A stretch of 32,000 bases of DNA, taken from assembly GCA_026387835.1 (NCBI GenBank), contig JAPLKZ010000010.1, forward strand, positions 90,001 to 122,000, read 5' to 3'. How positions within the stretch are numbered: position 1 is the stretch's first letter; every line of letters starts with the position of its first letter. This stretch comes from Candidatus Saganbacteria bacterium (lineage in GTDB: Bacteria > Margulisbacteria > WOR-1 > JAKLHX01). The position numbers and the translations under genes were made by a program. Positions 8,204 through 16,293 of this stretch are shown one piece after another. The notes under the pieces are model-generated. The model was given only the letters and a program-made list of their open reading frames with translations, had not been told where the DNA came from and ran no database searches.

Positions 8204-8996
8204 TTCCCGGACTGATTAACAAGCCGGCGTTTACATGCCGAGGTACCACCGCCAGATACTTGCGGAGAAGAAAAGCGTTATTACCGCAGCGGCTGTCATG
8301 GACGGCCCGAAAGGCGAAAGGTATCTCGTCACGCCGTCCTTTCTTCAAAAAGATCATGTAGGCCGATGCTGCTGCCGCTCCTACGATAAATGAAATAAAA
8401 AGGCAAAGCAATCCGTTCTGCCATCCGAAAAAAGCGCCGAAAAACGCCGCGAGTTTTATGTCTCCGCCGCCCATCGCTTCCTTTTTATAGAAATATGTAC
8501 CTAATTTATATATGACATACATTACAACAGCGCAGGAGACCGCGCCTATCAATGAGACCATTATTTTCCCAGAAAAATAGTTGTATGCCAACCCGGTCGC
8601 TAATCCCAGATAATTTGCCTGGTCAGGGATAATCTGCGTCTCAAGGTCCGCAAATGTAATAAGTACGATTATAGCGGCAAATGCCAGCATAAAAACAAGC
8701 TCCGGTGTGAGGCCGTACCTTTGATATATGAAAAAAAACAATGCCGCCGTGACCAGCTCGACGACAAGATATCTCGCGGATATCCGGTTTTTGCAGTACC
8801 TGCATTTGCCTCTCAAAAGCAGAAAGCTCAGTGCCGGAATAAGGTCAAAAAATGCCAGCCTGTGCCCGCATGCAGGACAGTTGGACGGGGGATATACTAT
8901 CGACAGGCAGCGCGGCAATCTGTAGACGCATACATTAATAAAACTTCCTGTCACGAGCCCCAGCACGATGACGGCTGTAGCCTCAAATAAAAACAT
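8184..8996 (-). CDS. pilD: Type IV prepilin peptidase (A24 family)
   Basis: GSFINVCVYRLPRCLSIVYPPSNCPACGHRL...CRYC, Asp motifs FADLETQIIPD and GGGDIKLAAFFGAFFG. Confidence 0.93.
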   Translation of the reverse strand: MFLFEATAVIVLGLVTGSFINVCVYRLPRCLSIVYPPSNCPACGHRLAFFDLIPALSFLLLRGKCRYCKNRISARYLVVELVTAALFFFIYQRYGLTPELVFMLAFAAIIVLITFADLETQIIPDQANYLGLATGLAYNYFSGKIMVSLIGAVSCAVVMYVIYKLGTYFYKKEAMGGGDIKLAAFFGAFFGWQNGLLCLFISFIVGAAAASAYMIFLKKGRRDEIPFAFRAVHDSRCGNNAFLLRKYLAVVPRHVNAGLLISPGIGIIFL

Positions 8997-9042
8997 TAAT
9001 TAGTATGTTATCAGAAATGCGGGCTTAAATAAAGAGTTTTTC

Positions 9043-9071
9043 TTTACATTTATTATTCGCCGTTATATAAT
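9043..9071 (+). promoter_or_regulatory. Strong sigma70-type promoter TTTACA-N17-TATAAT upstream of pilB
   Basis: TTTACA 9043-9048, 17-nt spacer, TATAAT 9066-9071; ATG at 9087. Confidence 0.65.
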
Positions 9072-9086
9072 AGCTTAAAATCAAAC

Positions 9087-10784
9087 ATGTTAAAAGAAAA
9101 AAACTCCCTGGGTGAATCGCTTGTAGAGAAGAAGATCATCACAAAAGAACAGCTCGCTTCCGCCGAGCAGGAATCAAAACTGAGCAACGAACCCCTCAGA
9201 AAAACTCTTGTCAGGCTCAACATGGTAAAGGAGACCGATATAATCTCGTTCTTCGAACAGTATCTTCATATCCCGTATGTGGACCTTAGCAGTTATATCA
9301 TAGACCCAAAGATGATCGCGTTGATCACCGAAGAATTCGCGAACGTCAACCATACGATCCCTCTTTTCAAGGCCGGGGAGATCCTGACCGTAGCCATGGT
9401 CGATCCGCTGAACGTAATGGTGCTTGACGAATTGCGCTCAAGGACAAAATGCACGATAGAGCCCGTGCTGACCACCGAAACCGATATCAAAAAAGCCCTT
9501 AACCAGTATTACGGTGTCGGGTCGTCCATAGACGATGTCGTCAAAAAGATGGACACGGAACTCGTGATGGAGGAAAAAGCGGAAGAAGAGCTTTCCACGG
9601 ACAAGATAAGGCTCGCGGCCGAACAGGCTCCTATCATCAAACTTGTGAACATACTGATAAGGGATGCCATAAAAGACAGTGCTTCGGACATACATGTCAA
9701 TCCCGAGGAAAAGATGGTCAGGATAAGATACAGGATAGACGGTATCCTCCACGAAGTCTCAACCCTGCCCAAATATCTCCAGGCAGCGGTCATCTCAAGG
9801 ATAAAGATCATGTCCGACATGAACATAGCGGTAAAAAGAAGTCCGCAGGACGGAAGGTTCAGGATAAAGATCGACAATAACCAGATAGACCTCAGGATCT
9901 CTTCGTTCCCTTCGGTCCACGGAGAGAACATCGTGATGAGGATACTGGATCCCAATAGTCTGCTGATAGGTCTCGAGCAGCTGGGTTTCTCGCTGGAAAT
10001 GCTTGAAAAGTTCAAATTGCTCATTAAAAAACCTTACGGGATGCTGCTTGTGACCGGACCGACAGGCTCCGGCAAGACAACTACGCTTTATTCCGCGTTA
10101 TCCTCGATAAACTCGCCCGAAAAGAACATAATAACCCTGGAAGACCCGGTAGAATACCAGCTGGAGATGGTGAGACAGTCCCAGATAAACCCTAAGGCCG
10201 GGCTGACTTTTTCGACCGGGCTGAGATCTATACTCCGCCAGGACCCTGATGTGGTAATGGTCGGAGAGATAAGGGACAAAGAGACCGCCGAGATCTCGAT
10301 CCAGGCCGCTTTGACGGGACATCTTGTCTTTTCGACCCTTCATACCAACGATTCATCCGGCGCATTGACCAGGCTTATCGATATGGGAGTGGAGCCTTTC
10401 CTTGTCTCCTCTTCCGTGATCGGGATACAGGCACAAAGGCTTGTAAGAAAGATCTGCAAGAGCTGCAAGGAATCGTACACACCTAGTGAAAAGACCCTTA
10501 AAGACCTCGGCATCGAAGATACCAAGGGCAAGATCATCTTTTACAGGGGAAAAGGATGCAAGAACTGCAAGTGCACCGGTTACAAAGGAAGGATCGGCAT
10601 CTACGAACTGCTGATCATGAACGAAAAAATAAGGGGGCTTGTGCTTGAAAGGAATTCCGTGGATGCCATCAGAAAAGCGGCCCAGGAAGCAGGGATGAAG
10701 ACATTGAGAGAAGACGGACTTAAAAAAGCTTTTGACGGTGTCACTTCTATCGAAGAAGTGATCAGGGCGACTACAATAGAATAA
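9087..10784 (+). CDS. pilB: Type IV pilus assembly ATPase PilB/GspE
   Basis: N-terminal MshEN-like domain, Walker A GPTGSGKTTTLYS, LEDPVEY, Walker B-like RSILRQDPDVVMVGEIRD, and CKSC...CKNC zinc motif. Confidence 0.96.
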   Translation: MLKEKNSLGESLVEKKIITKEQLASAEQESKLSNEPLRKTLVRLNMVKETDIISFFEQYLHIPYVDLSSYIIDPKMIALITEEFANVNHTIPLFKAGEILTVAMVDPLNVMVLDELRSRTKCTIEPVLTTETDIKKALNQYYGVGSSIDDVVKKMDTELVMEEKAEEELSTDKIRLAAEQAPIIKLVNILIRDAIKDSASDIHVNPEEKMVRIRYRIDGILHEVSTLPKYLQAAVISRIKIMSDMNIAVKRSPQDGRFRIKIDNNQIDLRISSFPSVHGENIVMRILDPNSLLIGLEQLGFSLEMLEKFKLLIKKPYGMLLVTGPTGSGKTTTLYSALSSINSPEKNIITLEDPVEYQLEMVRQSQINPKAGLTFSTGLRSILRQDPDVVMVGEIRDKETAEISIQAALTGHLVFSTLHTNDSSGALTRLIDMGVEPFLVSSSVIGIQAQRLVRKICKSCKESYTPSEKTLKDLGIEDTKGKIIFYRGKGCKNCKCTGYKGRIGIYELLIMNEKIRGLVLERNSVDAIRKAAQEAGMKTLREDGLKKAFDGVTSIEEVIRATTIE

Positions 10785-10785
10785 T

Positions 10786-12009
10786 ATGCCTTTTTATATT
10801 TACCAGGGTATCGACAAGTTCGGCAACAAAGTAAGAAAGACGATCGAATCGCCGAACAGGGACGTACTCGCCGAAAATCTCTTAAAGCAGAATTTCACTA
10901 TCCTTTCCGTCAAGGAGAAGAAGCCGGGACTGGATATCGGGTTCATCGACGAGATACTAAAAAAATCCGTGAAGGTTAAGATCTACGATCTTGTGATGTT
11001 CCTTGTCCAGCTTTCAAACATGCTCAGCGCCGGAATGACCCTTCCCGCCGCTCTCACGACCCTCGCGGAGCAGACAGACAATAAAAAATTGAAATCCGCC
11101 GTTGCCGAAATATCCGAAGATATCAAACAGGGCAGGACTTTTTCGGAATCGCTTGAAAAGCACAAGGATATTTTTTCGAGCGTGTTCGTCAACATGGTGG
11201 CTGCGGGAGAGACCTCTGGCAACCTTGATGAGATCCTGAGCAGGCTCGCAGGCTTCACGGAGCACGAAGCGGAACTCGGGCAGAAGATCTCATCCGCGAT
11301 GATGTACCCTATGATACTCATGATAACCGGCATCATTGTGGTGTGTTTCGTCGTCACCACCGTAATTCCTCCTTTTGCCAAGATCTTTATGGACGCGGGG
11401 GTGCCCCTGCCGCTGCCTACTCTTATGCTCTTTAACCTCAACCTTATCATCAGGGCTACATGGATCTATTTGATCATTGCCGCGGCCGCAGGATGGACCG
11501 CGGTAAAGTTCTTCTCAAAAGATCCTGCCGTAAAAATAAAGATCGATTCCATCAAGCTCAATATGCCTCTTTGGGGAGATCTTCTGAGAAAAGTTACGAT
11601 AGCCCGGCTTTCAAGGACCCTTTCGGCTCTCCTTTCAAGCGGTGTCCCGATGATACAGGCGCTTGAGATAACCGAAAAGACCATCGATATCGCCCCTCTG
11701 GCAGCAGTGATCCGCGACGTGGCCGCGGCGGTCGGCAAGGGCCAGAACTTAAGCGAACCCCTGAGAGCGAGCAGGCAATTCCCTCCGATGACCGTACATA
11801 TGATAGCCGTCGGCGAAGAGACCGGGACCATTGAGACAATGTTGAACAAGATCGGGGACTTTTACGATATGGCCAGCGATTACGCGATAAAAAAAATGAC
11901 ATCGCTTCTTGAGCCGATGTTCCTTGTGATAATCGCAGTCCTGGTGGGTTTTATCTTTGCATCGATCCTGCTGCCTATATTCCAGATGGTCAAGACGTTG
12001 AAACATTGA
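10786..12009 (+). CDS. pilC: Type IV pilus inner-membrane platform protein PilC/GspF
   Basis: Two T2SF domains (LSNMLSAGMTLPAALTTLAEQ..., LSALLSSGVPMIQALEITEK...) and conserved TM stretches. Confidence 0.95.
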   Translation: MPFYIYQGIDKFGNKVRKTIESPNRDVLAENLLKQNFTILSVKEKKPGLDIGFIDEILKKSVKVKIYDLVMFLVQLSNMLSAGMTLPAALTTLAEQTDNKKLKSAVAEISEDIKQGRTFSESLEKHKDIFSSVFVNMVAAGETSGNLDEILSRLAGFTEHEAELGQKISSAMMYPMILMITGIIVVCFVVTTVIPPFAKIFMDAGVPLPLPTLMLFNLNLIIRATWIYLIIAAAAGWTAVKFFSKDPAVKIKIDSIKLNMPLWGDLLRKVTIARLSRTLSALLSSGVPMIQALEITEKTIDIAPLAAVIRDVAAAVGKGQNLSEPLRASRQFPPMTVHMIAVGEETGTIETMLNKIGDFYDMASDYAIKKMTSLLEPMFLVIIAVLVGFIFASILLPIFQMVKTLKH

Positions 12010-12056
12010 CAGGTGTATAATATATTCTGCATAATCTTAAAGGAGCGGATGCGGAT

Positions 12057-13115
12057 ATGGAAATAAAGACCCTGCTGAAAACAGTGACCCAAAAAGGTGC
12101 CTCCGACCTGATAATCGTAGCGAACTCCAAACCGATCATAAGGCTCGGGGGAAGTCTGATCCCTTTAGGGGAAGAAACCCTGGACAAGGCGAAGGCAAAA
12201 GAATTGATCTACTCCATGCTTACCCCGCATCAGATAGAAATATTTGAACGGACAAAAGAGCTTGACAGCTCCTACGAGCTTCAGGGAGTATGCCGCTTCA
12301 GGGTGAATGTCCACTTCCAGGAAGACAGCGTCGCGGCATCGCTTAGGACCATTCCTTCGGAAATACCTTCCGCCAAGTCGATGATGCTTCCGGACATCAT
12401 CAACGAGTTCATAAAAGAACCCAGAGGCATGGTGCTTATCACGGGACCCACGGGATCCGGCAAGAGCACGACACAGGCCGTCATGATCGACATCGTCAAT
12501 TCCACAAAAAGCCGCCATATTATCACGATCGAGGACCCTGTTGAGTTCATGCACAAGAACAAGAAAAGTATTATTGAACAAAGGGAGATCGGACAGGATA
12601 CCGAATCTTTCTCTGCCGCGCTGACGCACGTGCTCAGGCAGAACCCCGATGTGATCCTGATCGGAGAGATGAGGGATGTTGAGACAATTTCTATCGCAAT
12701 AACAGCGGCGGAGACCGGCCATCTGGTCATATCCACCCTGCACACCAACGACGCCGTTCAGACGATAGACAGGATAATCGATGTATTCCCTCCGCATCAG
12801 CAGAACCAGATCAGGACCCAGCTTGCCCTTACGCTCCGGGGTGTTATCTCGCAGCAGCTCATACCGAGGTCCGACGGCAAAGGGCTTGTACTTGCCGCGG
12901 AGGTCCTGGTCATCAACCAGGCGGTAAGCAATATCATCAGAAAAGGAAATACCCAGGAAATATCTTCGATGATAGAGATAGGCTCCAAATACGGCATGCA
13001 GACGATGGATGCCGCACTGAAAAACCTTTACAGAGAAGGCCTGATCTCTTATGAGAACGCCATGGCGCGGGCTGTAAATCCTGAAAACCTTGAAAAGCTT
13101 CTGGCCAAGGCCTGA
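12057..13115 (+). CDS. pilT: Twitching motility retraction ATPase PilT
   Basis: GPTGSGKSTTQAVMIDIVN, IEDPVEFMHKNKKSIIEQREIG, LRQNPDVILIGEMRD, GHLVISTLHTNDA, and C-terminal AVSNIIRKGNTQEI (AIRNLIRE-like). Confidence 0.95.
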   Translation: MEIKTLLKTVTQKGASDLIIVANSKPIIRLGGSLIPLGEETLDKAKAKELIYSMLTPHQIEIFERTKELDSSYELQGVCRFRVNVHFQEDSVAASLRTIPSEIPSAKSMMLPDIINEFIKEPRGMVLITGPTGSGKSTTQAVMIDIVNSTKSRHIITIEDPVEFMHKNKKSIIEQREIGQDTESFSAALTHVLRQNPDVILIGEMRDVETISIAITAAETGHLVISTLHTNDAVQTIDRIIDVFPPHQQNQIRTQLALTLRGVISQQLIPRSDGKGLVLAAEVLVINQAVSNIIRKGNTQEISSMIEIGSKYGMQTMDAALKNLYREGLISYENAMARAVNPENLEKLLAKA

Positions 13116-13136
13116 CGGATGATGCAAAAATCGGTA

Positions 13137-13165
13137 TTGCCAATTAAAATGATTTAGTATATACT
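13137..13165 (+). promoter_or_regulatory. Putative pilin promoter TTGCCA-N17-TATACT
   Basis: TTGCCA 13137-13142, 17-nt spacer, TATACT 13160-13165; predicted leader of about 90 nt ending in a strong SD (GGAGGAGGTGAG) before the pilin ATG. Confidence 0.5.
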
Positions 13166-13263
13166 TCTTAATTAAGCACATGGGCCCCGGCAAAGAATGT
13201 TTTTCCGGGTCTTTTGTGAAAGAGCTCATGCTAATTTGAAATACGGGAGGAGGTGAGAGTTTA

Positions 13264-13707
13264 ATGTTTAAAAGAAGAGGCTTCACATTGATCGAACTTT
13301 TAATTGTTATGGCTGTCATTGCTGTGCTTATAGGTATTGCCATACCAAGTTTCAGGGGAATGCAGCAGGAAGCTAAGACCGCAAAAGCGGGTGGCGACCT
13401 CAGGGTGTTGAAGTTGGCGGTTGAGGCTTACAATGCCAAACACAATACTCTTCCGGCTTCTCTTGGTATCCTGACTGCAGAGTCTAACGCAGTCATATCA
13501 GTTGAACCGACAGATGCTTTCTCAACAGTTGCATATTTATATGCAACCGAAGGCGGAACGACACCGAGATACTATGTAATATGGTCAATAGGACCTAACG
13601 CTTCAGCAACAGCTTGTACCGTGACGAGCGCTGGAGTTGTTACTGCCGGAGAGGCAAACCAGATAGGAGTGACTAACGGGACTCCCCCAAACTCTAACTG
13701 GAAGTAA
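13264..13707 (+). CDS. Type IV pilin (probable major pilin, GspG/PilA-like)
   Basis: Class III signal MFKRRG^FTLIELLIVMAVIAVLIGIAIPSF; strong SD; own promoter and terminator. Confidence 0.88.
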   Translation: MFKRRGFTLIELLIVMAVIAVLIGIAIPSFRGMQQEAKTAKAGGDLRVLKLAVEAYNAKHNTLPASLGILTAESNAVISVEPTDAFSTVAYLYATEGGTTPRYYVIWSIGPNASATACTVTSAGVVTAGEANQIGVTNGTPPNSNWK

Positions 13708-13729
13708 GTTTTTGATCTAATAAAAATGG

Positions 13730-13757
13730 GCCCCGATCCGATCGGGGCTTATTTTTT
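13730..13757 (+). terminator. Rho-independent terminator after pilin gene
   Basis: GCCCCGAT-CCG-ATCGGGGC perfect 8-bp stem followed by TTATTTTTTT. Confidence 0.9.
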
Positions 13758-13778
13758 TATGCTATAATTTCTAAAATC

Positions 13779-14204
13779 ATGAAAAACAAAGGCTTTACTG
13801 TGATAGAGCTTGTTATGGTCATAGCCATCATCTCGATAATCCTTTCTGTCGCAGCAATGAATTTTTTTAATATCCAGAACGATGCCCGAGGGAGCAAAAT
13901 AGAAAGTGATCTTCGCGTGCTCAAGCTGGCGGCAGAAACTTTCTGTTCCTCAAAAATGAAATATCCCGACGATTTATTGCAGCTGGAAAACGGACCGGTA
14001 ATTCAAACCCTGCCAAAAGATCCCTATAATTCGGACAACAATTACCAGTATTTTGTCTGTAGAGATTATTTCGCTATATGGTCAGTGGGACTGAACGGAA
14101 CAAGCGGAACGGTGATAATCAATTTCGGCGGCAAGGTTGACGATACCGATGCAGATGATATAGGCACTACCAACGGTGCCTGCCCGAACTTATACTGGAA
14201 ATAG
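13779..14204 (+). CDS. Second GspG/PilA-like prepilin, Cys-containing
   Basis: MKNKG^FTVIELVMVIAIISIILSVAAMNFF; shares SDLRVLKLAAE, IWSxGxN and a terminal WK with the preceding pilin. Confidence 0.87.
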   Translation: MKNKGFTVIELVMVIAIISIILSVAAMNFFNIQNDARGSKIESDLRVLKLAAETFCSSKMKYPDDLLQLENGPVIQTLPKDPYNSDNNYQYFVCRDYFAIWSVGLNGTSGTVIINFGGKVDDTDADDIGTTNGACPNLYWK

Positions 14205-14213
14205 AAAAATTCC

Positions 14214-14242
14214 TTTACAATATATATCTTCTCTGTTATAAT
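14214..14242 (+). promoter_or_regulatory. Strong sigma70-type promoter TTTACA-N17-TATAAT upstream of the minor pilin genes
   Basis: TTTACA 14214-14219, 17-nt spacer, TATAAT 14237-14242; ATG at 14252, only 9 nt downstream. Confidence 0.6.
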
Positions 14243-14251
14243 CTTTGAAAA

Positions 14252-14653
14252 ATGGTATATATCAAATCGTTTTTTGATGTCCGTCCATCAAAGGCCGGTT
14301 TTACGCTGCTTGAGATGGTGATCGTCCTCGCTGTTCTGTCCCTTGGGCTTCTTCCCATAATGCTCCTTTTTTCAAGCGGGATAACAGCCAGTTCCGACGC
14401 GACCAACAGGTCCGTCGCCGTCCAGCTGGCCCAGCAGAAGATGGAACAGATAAAGGGCCTGTCATATTCAGACATTGAAAGTACAAGCGAAGCTTTCGGC
14501 CAGATCTCCGGATTCAGCAATTTTTCAAGGGCTGTCACATCTTCTACGGCTGAAGGGAGTCCCGATCTGATAGATGTAAAGGTCAATGTCCAATGGCAAA
14601 GCGGGCCGTCTATAGGAAGTTATGAAGTCGAGACATTTATCGCAAATTATTAA
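14252..14653 (+). CDS. PilV-like minor prepilin
   Basis: RPSKAG^FTLLEMVIVLAVLSLGLLPIMLLFSSGI prepilin signature. Confidence 0.8.
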   Translation: MVYIKSFFDVRPSKAGFTLLEMVIVLAVLSLGLLPIMLLFSSGITASSDATNRSVAVQLAQQKMEQIKGLSYSDIESTSEAFGQISGFSNFSRAVTSSTAEGSPDLIDVKVNVQWQSGPSIGSYEVETFIANY

Positions 14654-14658
14654 GCATT

Positions 14659-15147
14659 ATGAGAAAGAACGGATTTTCTTTGATAGAGCTCGTGACCGTC
14701 ATAGCAATACTCGTGTTGGTGGTGTCTTTGCTAGTAACGATATACTTAGCGGGAGCGGACATATTCGGAACGGAGAAAAATTTATCTGACATCGCGATCG
14801 AGGGGGACAGGGCAATGAAAACAATGGTCGATGAAATAAGGAACGGCCGTGAAGTGACCGTTGCTGATAATAGGCAGTTCACGTTCTGGATGCAGGATGC
14901 GGACAATGATACAGTGATAGATTCCTCCGAGACGGTGTCTTATTCCTGGGATGGAACATCCGGCGGAAATCTGTTAAGGGCCGTTGCCGGAGTTCCTTTC
15001 ATCCTGTCAAAATATGTGAATGATCTGAACTTTACTTATGACAGCGGCACCTTGTCATCCATCAGGAGCGTAAACATCCGGCTTACAAACAGTATCGGAA
15101 CTGATGTTCACACGCTTGAATCCACGGTCCGGCTGAGGAATTTATGA
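14659..15147 (+). CDS. PilW-like minor prepilin
   Basis: MRKNG^FSLIELVTVIAILVLVVSLLVTIYLAG signature; gene overlaps the next ORF. Confidence 0.82.
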   Translation: MRKNGFSLIELVTVIAILVLVVSLLVTIYLAGADIFGTEKNLSDIAIEGDRAMKTMVDEIRNGREVTVADNRQFTFWMQDADNDTVIDSSETVSYSWDGTSGGNLLRAVAGVPFILSKYVNDLNFTYDSGTLSSIRSVNIRLTNSIGTDVHTLESTVRLRNL

Positions 15148-16292
15148 GAAGAAATAAAGGGAATCTTTTGCTGACTTTCATAATGCTGATCGGCATAAGC
15201 GCGCTGATAATGTCATTTTTGTTTTTGGTCACCGCGCGTACCACCGGCTCCGTATACCAGATGAACAGGGTCAAGGCTTTTTATATCTCTGAAGCCGGAA
15301 TAAACAAGGCGATCTGGTGTCTCAGCTTCGGCAGCATGGGAAGCACTTACAGGACAGGGAGCAGCATAGAGGCTTTTGGAGGCGGAAGTTATAACTATTC
15401 TATTCTTGACGGCCCTTTAAGTTCGATAATCATAACTTCTACCGGCGAAGTGAACGGCGTTTCGCGGACTATCCAGCAGCTGATAATATCAAGCGCTCTT
15501 CCTCCGGCGTTCGATTTTGCGGTCTACGGGAACGGAAATTTGTCGCTACAGGGGAACTCATCAATAAAAGGGCCTGTTTTTTCTAACGGAAATATCTCAA
15601 TAAAAGGGAATACAAACCATCCTACAGGAGAGACATCCGTTTCACCGGGACACACTGTAACGGTAAACGGCAAGCCTGTTCCGTTCACCGTGATTGATCC
15701 TCCTCCCCCACCCCCTACAATGAATACAAAATATTATGACGATCTTATCACCGCCGCCGGCACTTCAGCAGCAGGTAACCGGACTATCGGCAGTACTAAT
15801 CTCAACGGAAATACTATTTTTGTGAACGGCAACGTGACGATTTCCGGGAATTCTACATTGACAGGGGGTGGAATCATCGTTGCGACGGGTACTATTAATA
15901 TATCTGGTAACACTACGATCGGGCCAAATACTAAATTTATTTCAAACAAAACGATGACAATAACAGGAAATACAAATATCCAGGATGACGGTGTTCTATA
16001 TTCAAATACGACAATTACTGATTCCGGAAACAATCGTTTGAAAGGTGCTATCATGGCGCCCTCTATAACGATCAACGGGAACGATACGATATACGGATTC
16101 CTGTATTCTTGGGGAGTAAGCGTTGCGCTTAACGGCAATATTAACATGTACGGCGCGATAGTGAATCCTTCCGCCGCAACTTACACTGGCAATATCAAGA
16201 TCGAGTATGACCCGTCTTATCTGCCGGAAGCCCCTATCGGCCTTACAAGCGGCGGATATACATTGTTAAAAGGCTCATGGAAGGAATTATGA
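15144..16292 (+). CDS. PilX-like pilus protein with extended beta-solenoid-like domain
   Basis: N-terminal TM MRRNKGNLLLTFIMLIGISALIMSFLFLVTARTTGSVYQMNRVKAFYISEAGINKAIW (PilX-N-like); then repeated GNxxIxGN motifs (GNLSLQGNSSIKG, GNISIKGNT, GNVTISGNSTLTG, GTINISGNTTIG, KTMTITGNTNIQ). Confidence 0.78.
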   Translation: MRRNKGNLLLTFIMLIGISALIMSFLFLVTARTTGSVYQMNRVKAFYISEAGINKAIWCLSFGSMGSTYRTGSSIEAFGGGSYNYSILDGPLSSIIITSTGEVNGVSRTIQQLIISSALPPAFDFAVYGNGNLSLQGNSSIKGPVFSNGNISIKGNTNHPTGETSVSPGHTVTVNGKPVPFTVIDPPPPPPTMNTKYYDDLITAAGTSAAGNRTIGSTNLNGNTIFVNGNVTISGNSTLTGGGIIVATGTINISGNTTIGPNTKFISNKTMTITGNTNIQDDGVLYSNTTITDSGNNRLKGAIMAPSITINGNDTIYGFLYSWGVSVALNGNINMYGAIVNPSAATYTGNIKIEYDPSYLPEAPIGLTSGGYTLLKGSWKEL

Positions 16293-16293
16293 T

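Noticed and set aside
13116-13263. Possible sigma-54 (-24/-12) promoter before the pilin gene, as in classical pilA regulation
   Set aside because: No TGGCAC-N5-TTGC-like match could be found; a good sigma70-type TTGCCA-N17-TATACT is present instead.
12165-13343. 392-aa minus-strand ORF opposite pilT
   Set aside because: The pilT motifs are unambiguous; the antisense frame reads as low-complexity Arg/His/Asp-rich shadow.
15500-16150. Nucleotide near-repeats such as AACGGAAAT considered as CRISPR or tandem repeats
   Set aside because: Imperfect, irregular and codon-phased; explained by the GNxxIxGN protein repeats.
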